A stretch of DNA of 36,179 nt from a virus (Duplodnaviria > Caudoviricetes), in IMG/VR virus record IMGVR_UViG_3300005805_000230, positions 1 through 36,179 of that record, one strand, 5' to 3'. The notes under the pieces are model-generated. The model was not told where the DNA came from and did not search any database. It worked only from the letters and a program-made list of their open reading frames with translations. Positions 1-8,299 of the stretch are shown here, one piece after another; position 1 is the first letter of the stretch, and the number at the start of each line of letters is the position of its first letter. The position numbers and the translations under genes were made by a program.

Positions 1-1
1 C

Positions 2-97
2 GTGGTGGTGGGCGGCGGAATCGGCGGTCTTGCCACCGCCCTAAGACTTAGAAAAGCCGGTGCCCAGGTGGTTCTTCTGGAAAAGAATAACGGTTAA
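2..97 (+). other. Fragment of a bacterial FAD-dependent oxidoreductase gene (phytoene desaturase CrtI-like N-terminus), truncated at a junction with phage DNA
   Basis: Frame +2 reads VVVGGGIGGLATALRLRKAGAQVVLLEKNNG*, a GxGxxG beta-alpha-beta dinucleotide fold ending in the acidic E. The segment is GC- and CG-rich, unlike the rest of the window. Confidence 0.75.
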
Positions 98-458
98 TAA
101 AGAAACTATCAAGCTCATTTGGACCGTCATCAGCTATTTCTTCAGACTTATCCTCATACCTTTGTTTTACATCTTTATATTTTTCTTTCATCATAGTAGT
201 GAGCCTCCAATCTAAATGAGCAATGATTTCACTATAATCAGTGAGTATGCTATCAAGACGCTGATTCTGTCTTTGAAGATTAGCATTCTCATTTTCTAAG
301 CTATCAATTGTTTTTACAACAGTTGGATCAACCTGCAATATCTGTTTACCAGGATCAACAAACATATATGTACCCATAAGTACAGCAAGAATGGCTAACA
401 CCACCTTAACTATATCCCCTTTACGGCTGGGTTTAATTTCTTTTTTTACTTCTGACAT
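48..458 (-). CDS. Membrane-anchored coiled-coil protein, inner-spanin (Rz)-like; the C-terminus probably runs into non-phage DNA
   Basis: One N-terminal hydrophobic helix (IVKVVLAILAVLMGTYMFV) followed by a heptad-rich region (IDSLENENANLQRQNQRLDSIL). It lies next to a holin-like gene. Confidence 0.5.
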   Translation of the reverse strand: MSEVKKEIKPSRKGDIVKVVLAILAVLMGTYMFVDPGKQILQVDPTVVKTIDSLENENANLQRQNQRLDSILTDYSEIIAHLDWRLTTMMKEKYKDVKQRYEDKSEEIADDGPNELDSFFINRYSFPEEPPGHRLF

Positions 459-483
459 GGCTAGTTAATTAGTTAGTTAATAA

Positions 484-521
484 TAGTACTCCCGGCAGTA
501 CTAAGCCTACCGGGAATACTA
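484..521 (-). terminator. 15-bp intergenic hairpin (terminator or RNA processing/stability element)
   Basis: Minus strand UAGUAUUCCCGGUAG-gcuuagua-CUGCCGGGAGUACUA, with two G-U pairs that work only on the minus strand. The U-tract is weak. Confidence 0.5.
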
Positions 522-528
522 ACCATTA

Positions 529-789
529 TTATGCAGTAACCTTTGTTTCTGCTTGGAACCTACCAATGATAGATACTAGAGTACCTACACCTGCAAGTAC
601 TTGACCTATAATGGCAGACCAGTTACCCTGAGCAGCTTTAATAGCTTCAGCATAAGCCTTCAGCTGATTGAAGTCTGCATTCTCAGGAAGAGAAGGATAG
701 TCAACACCAATAGTTGACATAAAAAATCCTAGGGCTGCAATAACAATGCCCCAGATTGTCTTAGATTGATACCACTTTTTACTTTCCAT
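529..789 (-). CDS. Holin-like small membrane protein (86 aa)
   Basis: MESKKWYQSKTIWGIVIAALGFF... with two hydrophobic segments. The ATG at 789 is preferred over the ORF-track start at 849, which overlaps the upstream gene. Confidence 0.5.
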   Translation of the reverse strand: MESKKWYQSKTIWGIVIAALGFFMSTIGVDYPSLPENADFNQLKAYAEAIKAAQGNWSAIIGQVLAGVGTLVSIIGRFQAETKVTA

Positions 790-817
790 AGTAGATATTT
801 GTTTGGTGAAAAAATTA

Positions 818-1051
818 TTAAAGGTTGTATATCTCTTTGATCCTATCAATTACATCTTGATCAGTCCATTGACCAACAGCATCATACTCAGCTGCTTCCC
901 AAAGAAGTACCCGTCCATGAATATTTGTTGTAACGTAAACTGTTCTATTTACAGGATTATCTGTCATACTAGTAATAGTTATGCTATCAACATATCTAGT
1001 TCTAGCTGGGGCTAGCACTTCTGTATAAGGTGTATCTAAAATTATTTTCAT
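818..1051 (-). CDS. Hypothetical protein (77 aa), possibly tail-fibre associated
   Basis: Tightly packed co-oriented ORF directly after the fibre-like gene. Confidence 0.6.
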   Translation of the reverse strand: MKIILDTPYTEVLAPARTRYVDSITITSMTDNPVNRTVYVTTNIHGRVLLWEAAEYDAVGQWTDQDVIDRIKEIYNL

Positions 1052-1062
1052 ATAGAATATAT

Positions 1063-2169
1063 TTAACCAACTCCTACCATAGGAAGTCTTCTGTTACAAT
1101 TGTACACCCAACCTGTTCCAGGTGTAGCTGATTGAGCTGAATTAATCCCAGCACACCACACACTGTTTGCAGGTAAAACATTTGTAGCACCTATCTCAGC
1201 ATGCTCAGCATAAACATAACCTCCAGTATCTGTTTTAGTTAATATACAATTAACTCCAATGGAAGTATCTGGTCCAATACCGACCCTAGTAGCAGGTTCT
1301 CCTAAAATATAACAGTTATTAACTAAGACTGTTACATTGTTTGAAAATATAAAACGATTAGGTGGAGCTGATAATCTTCCTACGTTAGTTAACGTAAGTG
1401 TTTTAATACTAGAACCATTTGTTACAGTCAATCCAACATTACTGCTAATTCTTTTAACATAAATAGAACCCCATTGGTAATTCTGTAATTGAATTTCAGC
1501 TGCTGCAAAATAAAAAGGATTAAATAAAAACTCTATTGTACTGTTTACAGCACTGACCGTTAGATTTCCACCACCATTTATAAGAGTAAAGATTGGATTA
1601 GTGCTCGTATCATTTTTAGCAACTATAATCTTTGCAGTATTAAAATTAACTGATCTAACACCTGTAGCACTAGATAAAAAAGATGGAATAGTAGCTGTAA
1701 TCCCATTAGCAAATACTAGGTTACCAGTAGTTAATGTAAAGTTTCTTAATACAGTATTAGCTACAGTAAAGTTATCAGTTATGGTATAAGTGGCTGTAGT
1801 ACCAGCTTGAAAATTTATACTATTATCTAAGCTAACTCCATTAGAAGTGATTACATGATTGCCTGTTCCTTTAAAGAATATACCAGCTACATAAGTTCGG
1901 GTAGCTGTTGGACTAAGAATTAAACTTCCAGAAATATTAAGAGCTGATGATGTACCAGACCAAGTTCCAGTATATCCTGTAAAGTTTAAGTCTCTACAGA
2001 CAATTGTTCCAGTACTAGTAATAACTATATTTCCTGATAAGCTATCAATAAATACATCATCGCTGGCAGTAGGAAGTACTGTGGCATTAATAGTGCCAGC
2101 AGAGTTCAACTTCCAAGAAGCCAAACTATTCCATTGATTACCACTACCTCTCCAGTAATAATTAGCCAT
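1063..2169 (-). CDS. Putative tail fibre/adhesin-like beta-solenoid protein
   Basis: N-terminus YYWRGSGNQWNSLASW...PTASDDVFID; T/N/S/G-rich beta-strand repeats (LNFTGYTGTW, LNISGSLILS, FTLTTGNLVF). Confidence 0.6.
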   Translation of the reverse strand: MANYYWRGSGNQWNSLASWKLNSAGTINATVLPTASDDVFIDSLSGNIVITSTGTIVCRDLNFTGYTGTWSGTSSALNISGSLILSPTATRTYVAGIFFKGTGNHVITSNGVSLDNSINFQAGTTATYTITDNFTVANTVLRNFTLTTGNLVFANGITATIPSFLSSATGVRSVNFNTAKIIVAKNDTSTNPIFTLINGGGNLTVSAVNSTIEFLFNPFYFAAAEIQLQNYQWGSIYVKRISSNVGLTVTNGSSIKTLTLTNVGRLSAPPNRFIFSNNVTVLVNNCYILGEPATRVGIGPDTSIGVNCILTKTDTGGYVYAEHAEIGATNVLPANSVWCAGINSAQSATPGTGWVYNCNRRLPMVGVG

Positions 2170-2190
2170 CAGTTATTATTATAATTATTA

Positions 2191-2616
2191 TTATTTATAG
2201 AATATTGAATAGTCAACATTGTTAGTTGGTGCACCCGTAGTTCTACTAGTAGTGATAGCTAGTGATATACCAGTACCATGAGTTATACCCAAGCCAAAAG
2301 CATTAGCCCCAGACAAAGGTGGAATGGGTAGTATATAAGCAGGGGTTGTAGTTCCTACTGTTACACTAGCAGCCACCTCATTGAATATCTGTACATACAC
2401 TACGGCATTATTAGAATTATAAAAGTACCAACCGTACACTTGTCCAGCTGATCCTTTAACAGCAGTAGCTGTGTCTTTTATAGCACCTGTTGTAGCAAGA
2501 AGTCCACCTGTGGTAGACGCTCCAACGGGTACAGCAGATTGATCACTAGCAATTGCTACAGGTAAAGAAGCTGTCATAGCAGCTTGTCCTAAAGCGGGTT
2601 GTGGATTATAAGCCAT
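2191..2616 (-). CDS. Putative virion structural/fibre accessory protein
   Basis: A/T/G-rich beta-sandwich-like sequence (AVKGSAGQVYGWYFYN...YVQIFN) within the fibre cluster. Confidence 0.5.
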   Translation of the reverse strand: MAYNPQPALGQAAMTASLPVAIASDQSAVPVGASTTGGLLATTGAIKDTATAVKGSAGQVYGWYFYNSNNAVVYVQIFNEVAASVTVGTTTPAYILPIPPLSGANAFGLGITHGTGISLAITTSRTTGAPTNNVDYSIFYK

Positions 2617-2634
2617 ATTGAATTAGTTTTTAGA

Positions 2635-3123
2635 TTAAATTATATTCCAATTAGTACCATCACTAACTAAGTTAACTGACTGATACTGTACGTTTAAGTT
2701 GATACTAGCTGAACCATCTATGTTAGCTCCCCCACCATCAACCTGTACTAGATCAGTGCCCACTCTCTTTATTGTATACAGATTAGTATTAGAAGCAGCA
2801 GCCGGCATGGTGATAGTTATAGCATTACTAGCAAGATACACATAGTCTGTACTTGCAGCACTTCCAGCTGCCGTATTAGAATTTACAGAAGTTATTGTTC
2901 TAGTAAAGCTAGTTCCTCCAGGGATATTTACAGTGACGTCTGTGCCAATAACACTAGCTGTTACACCATCTCCTGTAAAGTTAAATAATGTTACGGCTGT
3001 AGTTAGTGGAGTTCCATCATCTTGTACAGTGATATCGGCACCACCTCCACCACCGTTTTCAACTATGCAGCAAAGTTTATTGACTTTTCTGGTCAGAGCT
3101 GCTACTTGGTCAAATAGACTCAT
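2635..3123 (-). CDS. Short tail fibre-like protein
   Basis: ITVQDDGT..LFNFTGDGVTAS module, and a C-terminal ITMPAAA...YTIKR...IDG...LVSDGTNWNII domain typical of phage fibre tips. Confidence 0.65.
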   Translation of the reverse strand: MSLFDQVAALTRKVNKLCCIVENGGGGGADITVQDDGTPLTTAVTLFNFTGDGVTASVIGTDVTVNIPGGTSFTRTITSVNSNTAAGSAASTDYVYLASNAITITMPAAASNTNLYTIKRVGTDLVQVDGGGANIDGSASINLNVQYQSVNLVSDGTNWNII

Positions 3124-3125
3124 GG

Positions 3126-3653
3126 TTATAGTTTATTAGTTTTTAATGTATAGCAGTAAAGTCCTTGAGAACCTACGTTCCCATCTTCCTGCCAAAAAGT
3201 AACACCTAAAGAATGCCACTTAACCACACTAGTATCGTTCATAAAGTTTGTATTCCAAAGAGACTTACTAGGAACAATTACTTTGTAAGTTATAGGGAAC
3301 TTTGTCTTACCAGAAACTGGAGCTTCTAAAACTATTTGATTATCAACTACCACTCTATACTTAGTAAGCTTAGTGGGACCTCCCCACCATAATCTTCCAG
3401 GCTCAGCTTTAAATTGAAAACCAAAAGTATCTGATACCAATGGCCAGTTTGTAACAATGCACCCGTTCACTGTATCAGTTGTAACTACAGGATATAGCAC
3501 TGACACCTGAGGACTTAAAGGATTCTGAGGATACAAAGGACGAGCTGCTACATAAGGAGTACCTCTATTAATTAAACCTTCTTCTGGTTTACTGCAAGAG
3601 TTCAGTATAAGCATGCTGAACATCACTAGTCCTATAAGTTTTAAAGTGTGCAT
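3126..3653 (-). CDS. Putative lipoprotein
   Basis: Signal peptide MHTLKLIGLVMFSMLILNS-C with the lipobox Cys at residue 20. Confidence 0.65.
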   Translation of the reverse strand: MHTLKLIGLVMFSMLILNSCSKPEEGLINRGTPYVAARPLYPQNPLSPQVSVLYPVVTTDTVNGCIVTNWPLVSDTFGFQFKAEPGRLWWGGPTKLTKYRVVVDNQIVLEAPVSGKTKFPITYKVIVPSKSLWNTNFMNDTSVVKWHSLGVTFWQEDGNVGSQGLYCYTLKTNKL

Positions 3654-3683
3654 AGTATATTGATTTTATAATAATTTTAAGTG

Positions 3684-4316
3684 TTAACCCACTTGATTTA
3701 CAGTTAATATTACGGATGGTGTTTGTGGATGAGCACCTGCACCAACATTGGCTGGAAAATGTTCAAGAATAATTTTAATATTGTCAGTAGTCCACATAAG
3801 TTGATATTGATCATTAGCTGCAGCATCTACAAAATAGTTCCATGCCACTATATTAAATGGATTATCCGTTGGCACACTAATTCTTCCATTACTATCAGGT
3901 ATATCAACACCATTTTTTCTAAACCACATATTCACTGTTTTTCCTGGTCCACCACCACTCTTATGATCAAATTGAGCACTAAATTGAATATTATATTTAC
4001 CAGCTACTGCAAATGTTATTTCAGATGCACCCACTATACTAACACCACTTGCAAAATCAATATTATTAAATGTTACTGGTAATATACCATTTAATGTATT
4101 TACTTGATCTTCATCACTATACCACGATCCATAAACTCCTGTACACTGTGGACAACCCCCATATCCCAAATTAGCATCTAAACAACACTCATCATTATAT
4201 GAAACATTTAGCTCCTTCAGAGCCTGTCTTATTAAAGGCAAAAGTTCGTCTGTAGCTTCTTTGGTATACTTCAAAGTACCTTTGGTTAATCCAGCTCTAC
4301 GTATGTTTCCAGCCAT
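3684..4316 (-). CDS. C1q/TNF-like (BclA C-terminal-like) fibre or decoration protein
   Basis: YGSWYS..Q...VTFN...GVSIV..SEITFAVAGKYNIQFSAQF...MWFRKNGVDIPDSN pattern. Confidence 0.65.
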   Translation of the reverse strand: MAGNIRRAGLTKGTLKYTKEATDELLPLIRQALKELNVSYNDECCLDANLGYGGCPQCTGVYGSWYSDEDQVNTLNGILPVTFNNIDFASGVSIVGASEITFAVAGKYNIQFSAQFDHKSGGGPGKTVNMWFRKNGVDIPDSNGRISVPTDNPFNIVAWNYFVDAAANDQYQLMWTTDNIKIILEHFPANVGAGAHPQTPSVILTVNQVG

Positions 4317-4339
4317 AAAATACTTTTAATAGGTGATTA

Positions 4340-4663
4340 TTACACCAGATATTTCTTCACATCAAACTCTTCTTCTGGTTTAAAATAAAGTTTTGTAAAC
4401 CACGGAGCATAAGCATGAAGTCTAGAGTTGACTGAGCCATCTGCCGTACTCTTTTTAAAGAATATGACATCCTGTAATTGTTTCACATCTTTTTGAAGCT
4501 CCTCAATCTTGGTCTTATCAATATTAGACTGGGCTAACAGCTGCTTTACATCCTTTTTAATCTCAATTATCTCAGCCCAAAGCATTGTTCCTAATATCGT
4601 AATAATAATCGGAAAAAGCCAGACCTTTACTGTGTCTAGAATCTGATTATTTTTATCAGCCAT
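4340..4663 (-). CDS. Single-TM coiled-coil membrane protein (possible holin/antiholin)
   Basis: VWLFPIIITILGTMLW followed by a coiled coil (IEIKKDVKQLL...IEELQKDVKQLQ). Confidence 0.5.
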   Translation of the reverse strand: MADKNNQILDTVKVWLFPIIITILGTMLWAEIIEIKKDVKQLLAQSNIDKTKIEELQKDVKQLQDVIFFKKSTADGSVNSRLHAYAPWFTKLYFKPEEEFDVKKYLV

Positions 4664-4704
4664 CTCTTCATATTTATATTTACAAACAAATAATTAATAA
4701 TAAC

Positions 4705-4834
4705 AGAACCTCAAACACCAGGTAAGAACCTGATTTACAGTAGGTTATACTGCGACACATATAGAGTATGTGTAAGGTTAATTAGAACTTCTTAACCCAG
4801 ATTCTGACAGATAAACCTGGTGTTCAAAGGCTCC
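4705..4834 (-). ncRNA. Candidate structured RNA: long closing stem plus four-way junction, 5' of the structural operon
   Basis: Five nested helices: 4705-4723/4815-4834, 4725-4732/4798-4805, 4776-4781/4792-4797, 4755-4761/4767-4773, 4737-4742/4748-4753. Six G-U pairs are valid only on the minus strand. Confidence 0.6.
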
Positions 4835-4896
4835 TTAACAAGTGATCCTACAATATAATATACTAAAATTTTTCCAAAAATGAATACATTTAAACC

Positions 4897-5403
4897 ATGC
4901 GTATAACAAATTTTTCCAGTGAGGAAGAGAAGGTAGTAAAGGAATTCCAGACAAAATTCTATGAAACTTATGGGTACACCCCGGTAGTTTTACCACCTGA
5001 TTATAAAAAGAAACCAAGAGAAACCCCCATTATTACTCTTGACCAATTGCACGAAGTCTTTGAGCCTTATAGACCTAATAGATTAGGGAAAAAAATATCT
5101 TTAAGAGGGAAGGACCGGTATAGAGAAATTGTTGATTTAAGAATTATATTTGCCTTCTTGGCTACTGAGCTGGGCTACACCCTAGAAGAAATAGGAAAGT
5201 CCTTAGGTAATAGAGATCACAGTTCCATTATTCATTATATTAAAACATTTAATAATGTAATAGAAACGTCTGAACCGTTTCAGAAACTTTATTCTATTAT
5301 TATAAACATCTTAAAATCAAAGTATTATAGAAATGATGAGCTATCAACTATGGTCTACTTTAACAAGATACAATGTCAGCCCGAACCAGCTGTACTTCCT
5401 TGA
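4897..5403 (+). CDS. DnaA C-terminal (domain IV)-like HTH DNA-binding protein
   Basis: R.REIVDLRIIFAFLATELGYTLEEIGKSLGNRDHSSIIH matches the DnaA_C signature (IG..FG.RDHSTV.H). No AAA+ domain. Confidence 0.8.
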   Translation: MRITNFSSEEEKVVKEFQTKFYETYGYTPVVLPPDYKKKPRETPIITLDQLHEVFEPYRPNRLGKKISLRGKDRYREIVDLRIIFAFLATELGYTLEEIGKSLGNRDHSSIIHYIKTFNNVIETSEPFQKLYSIIINILKSKYYRNDELSTMVYFNKIQCQPEPAVLP

Positions 5404-5911
5404 CTGTTGTAAGAACAAGACCAAGCCTACAGAAATTATAGACGACTACACAGAGTACAAAAAGTCTTTAGCTGATGGGTATATTGATGAGAATAGAAAC
5501 ATCACACCAGCAGCAGCACTCATACTAGATGAGTTTTATAAATTTATAGCTAAAGCCAAGAAGAAGATTGCCTCAGAGATAATTGGCCCTGACTTCATGG
5601 TTAATGTACACAAGTATAGAGAACTATTTCCCAAGGGTAGGTTCCCATCTGGGGAGCTGGCTAGACAGAACCCAGAGGATCTTAAGCAAAGATTCATATG
5701 GTTCTTCCAAACCTACCCCAGTTATACCTGGGACTTAGTACTAGATGCCACTGATTATTATCTGCACTTAAAGAAAGCTGTAGACTATCAGTATGCTGTA
5801 AGCAGTGCTTACTTTATACAAAAGACAGATGTCCTAAGCAAGACTAAGAAGTCCCTATTAGCTGACTATTGTCAAAAGTTATTAGACGACCCAGAACTTA
5901 CACAAAATTAG
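5333..5911 (+). CDS. Hypothetical protein, possible replication initiator/helicase loader
   Basis: 192-aa ORF directly upstream of the helicase. The function is inferred from position only. Confidence 0.55.
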   Translation: MMSYQLWSTLTRYNVSPNQLYFLDCCKNKTKPTEIIDDYTEYKKSLADGYIDENRNITPAAALILDEFYKFIAKAKKKIASEIIGPDFMVNVHKYRELFPKGRFPSGELARQNPEDLKQRFIWFFQTYPSYTWDLVLDATDYYLHLKKAVDYQYAVSSAYFIQKTDVLSKTKKSLLADYCQKLLDDPELTQN

Positions 5912-5915
5912 AAGC

Positions 5916-6983
5916 ATGGTTAAAAAGATCAATCATCTCTGGGGAGGGAGACTATACTCAGATGTATTAAAAGAAGGTCTCGAATATATAGAATACCGGA
6001 TGCTTGGAAAGATTAAGTCTTTCAAGACACCATGGCTAGGTATAAATCATGCAGGTGTGGGTGGTCTAGAGTGGGGATCAATGTTGACAATAGGAGCTAG
6101 GCCTGGTGCCGGTAAGACTTTAATTGTCAGTCAGATACTAAGAGAGTCCCACAACATTAATCCTACACAGGACTTTAATATCCTAGAGTTTCAGTTTGAG
6201 ATGGGTGCTAAGCAATCAGCAGCTAGAGCTTTTGCAGCTTTTACTGCTCAGGATTATAACTTAGTACTCAGTACAGACAAGCAGTTAGATAGATTCATCT
6301 ATGATAAGATGCAAGCCTATCAAAAAGAATGTGAATACTTGGAATCTAAGGGAATCATCCGGGTACAGGTGAACACTCCTCTTAGTAAAAATCATATCAA
6401 GGAAGCTATCATGCACTATTACAATGAATTAGGTGGTAAGCCTATGATTGTAACTATTGACCATAGCTGGCTGATAAAAAAAGATTTTGATGAGAAGGAG
6501 AAAATAGTAACTTTGTATAACACAGTTGAGATGCTTATGGGCTTAAAGAACATGATACCAATCATTGTTATAATGATCACTCAGCTTAACCGTAGTATGG
6601 AAGATCCTTCCAGAAGAGTGGCTGGTTCTATTGGTAACTATCCTACAAGCTCAGATATATTTGGTGGTGATGCTCTAATGCAAGGTTCAGATATGGTGAT
6701 AGCTATGTCTAGACCTTCTACCCTAAACATTCCCTTATATGGAAACAAAGGGTACATGGTTTCACCAGATGATATATTCATACATCTTTTAAAAGTGAGG
6801 AATGGTTCTGATGATAAGAACATTCTATTTATGAAAGCACAGTTCAACAAACAACAGATGATAGAAGTATCTGAACCCAAGGCTAGCAACCCCAGTGGTA
6901 CAGGATACACTAGACTCTCACAACGGCAATCCCCACCTGCTGACAGGTCAGATAATGATCTTGATGTAGATGGTATTTCGTAA
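5916..6983 (+). CDS. dnaB: DnaB-like (SF4) replicative helicase
   Basis: Walker A IGARPGAGKT, FQFEM, IVTIDH, ITQLNR, and SDI.G.DALMQ.SD motifs. Confidence 0.9.
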   Translation: MVKKINHLWGGRLYSDVLKEGLEYIEYRMLGKIKSFKTPWLGINHAGVGGLEWGSMLTIGARPGAGKTLIVSQILRESHNINPTQDFNILEFQFEMGAKQSAARAFAAFTAQDYNLVLSTDKQLDRFIYDKMQAYQKECEYLESKGIIRVQVNTPLSKNHIKEAIMHYYNELGGKPMIVTIDHSWLIKKDFDEKEKIVTLYNTVEMLMGLKNMIPIIVIMITQLNRSMEDPSRRVAGSIGNYPTSSDIFGGDALMQGSDMVIAMSRPSTLNIPLYGNKGYMVSPDDIFIHLLKVRNGSDDKNILFMKAQFNKQQMIEVSEPKASNPSGTGYTRLSQRQSPPADRSDNDLDVDGIS

Positions 6984-7000
6984 CATAAACAAACATTAAA

Positions 7001-7585
7001 ATGTCACAACAGTTTGAAAACCCAGGCTTTGACCTGAAAGAATGGAAGAAGCAGAAGCTTGCTGCCATCAGAGCTCACCATGCAGACCTTATTAAAGACT
7101 TAGGAATTTCTCCCTATGACTTTAATATGAAGAAAGCTTTTTATGATCAGTATGGTAGAGAAGTGGTAGGCATCTTTGCCTCAGAGTTTAACAAGGAAAA
7201 AGGATTCTACTTTGAACTTATCAGTAGTGATCTGGATCCTATTGATCCTGAACGTAAAGTGTATAGAGTGCCATCTTCCACAACATTTGAAGAAGAGTAT
7301 GAACTCAATCCAAAGAATTCCTACTCTGTGCCTCTTGAGGAACTCAAGGTGATTAACCCCACCTCAGTAGCTATTAACAAGTTTTCTGCAGTTAAGGCTA
7401 TGGAGAAACCTAAAGAGCAACAACCTCAAAGAATTATACCACAAGAATCTATTGTTGCTCCTGCACCAAAACCAACCCTCAACCATGATGCTCCATTCAG
7501 TGACATGACTATCAAAGATTTGGTAGCCATCCTATTAAGGAAACCCGTCAGTGATAAACCATGGTTGAACGAATTAGTAAAATAA
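7001..7585 (+). CDS. Hypothetical phage protein
   Basis: 194-aa ORF in the operon, C-terminal MTIKDLVAILLRKPVSDKPWLNEL. Confidence 0.7.
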   Translation: MSQQFENPGFDLKEWKKQKLAAIRAHHADLIKDLGISPYDFNMKKAFYDQYGREVVGIFASEFNKEKGFYFELISSDLDPIDPERKVYRVPSSTTFEEEYELNPKNSYSVPLEELKVINPTSVAINKFSAVKAMEKPKEQQPQRIIPQESIVAPAPKPTLNHDAPFSDMTIKDLVAILLRKPVSDKPWLNELVK

Positions 7586-7586
7586 T

Positions 7587-8270
7587 ATGGCATACAGTAT
7601 TCTAATTATTGCAGAATCAGGGACCGGCAAATCAACAGCTATAGAAAGCCTGGATCCTAAAGAAACATTTATTATCAACGTAGCTAACAAGCCTCTTCCA
7701 TTCAAAGGTTGGAAGAAGAAGTACAGCATCTGGGGTAAAGACAACCCTAGTGGTAACATGTATGATAAAGCCAGCTCTCAGAATATTGAGGCTTGTATAA
7801 AGTATGTGAATGACAAACGGCCAGAGATTAAGAACTTAGTGATTGATGACTTCCAGTATATGTCATCCTTTGAGTTCTTTGACAGGTCAGACGAAAAAGG
7901 TTATGAGAAGTTCACTCAGATTGGTGCAGGTCTAGCTAGGATAGCCAGGATGCCGAAGGATATGAGAGAAGACCTTATGATCTTCTTCCTTACACATGCA
8001 GAGGAAGCTACAGACTTAGAAGGTAAGAAGAGATACAAGGCCAAGACCATCGGTAAGATGGTTGACGAGAAGCTTACACTAGAGGGTTTATTCTCTATTG
8101 TTCTTTTCGGAAAGGTTAAGAAAGATAAGGACGGAAACCTTAGACATGTATTTGAAACCCAGAACAATGGGGAGAATACCTGTAAGAGTCCAAAGGACAT
8201 GTTTCCTTCCTTTGAAATCTCTAACGACCTTCAGACAGTAAGAGAAGCTATCATAGCATATGAGAACTAA
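7587..8270 (+). CDS. AAA_24/Sak4-like P-loop ATPase (recombinase-type)
   Basis: ILIIAESGTGKST Walker A, LVIDDFQY Walker B, FFLTH, TCKSP.DMF. Followed by an SSB-like gene. Confidence 0.85.
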   Translation: MAYSILIIAESGTGKSTAIESLDPKETFIINVANKPLPFKGWKKKYSIWGKDNPSGNMYDKASSQNIEACIKYVNDKRPEIKNLVIDDFQYMSSFEFFDRSDEKGYEKFTQIGAGLARIARMPKDMREDLMIFFLTHAEEATDLEGKKRYKAKTIGKMVDEKLTLEGLFSIVLFGKVKKDKDGNLRHVFETQNNGENTCKSPKDMFPSFEISNDLQTVREAIIAYEN

Positions 8271-8299
8271 GTTTATCACCATTATTAAATCTTAAGATT

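Noticed and set aside
790-849. Longer 106-aa start for the holin-like gene
   Set aside because: It overlaps the upstream gene; the ATG at 789 with an A-rich leader is more plausible.
1063-4316. Diversity-generating retroelement or invertible fibre cassette
   Set aside because: No reverse transcriptase, recombinase, TR/VR pair or flanking inverted repeats were seen in the window.
4725-4805. Bona fide amber-suppressor tRNA (CUA loop) and TAG recoding as in some crAss-like phages
   Set aside because: There is no TTC-containing T-arm, no D-loop GG, a pyrimidine at position 37 and no CCA end. Genes are intact in code 11, and TAG serves as a stop (5911, 17828).
4835-5017. 60-aa minus-strand ORF across the divergent region
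   Set aside because: It overlaps the well-supported DnaA-C-like gene on the opposite strand and has no recognisable features.
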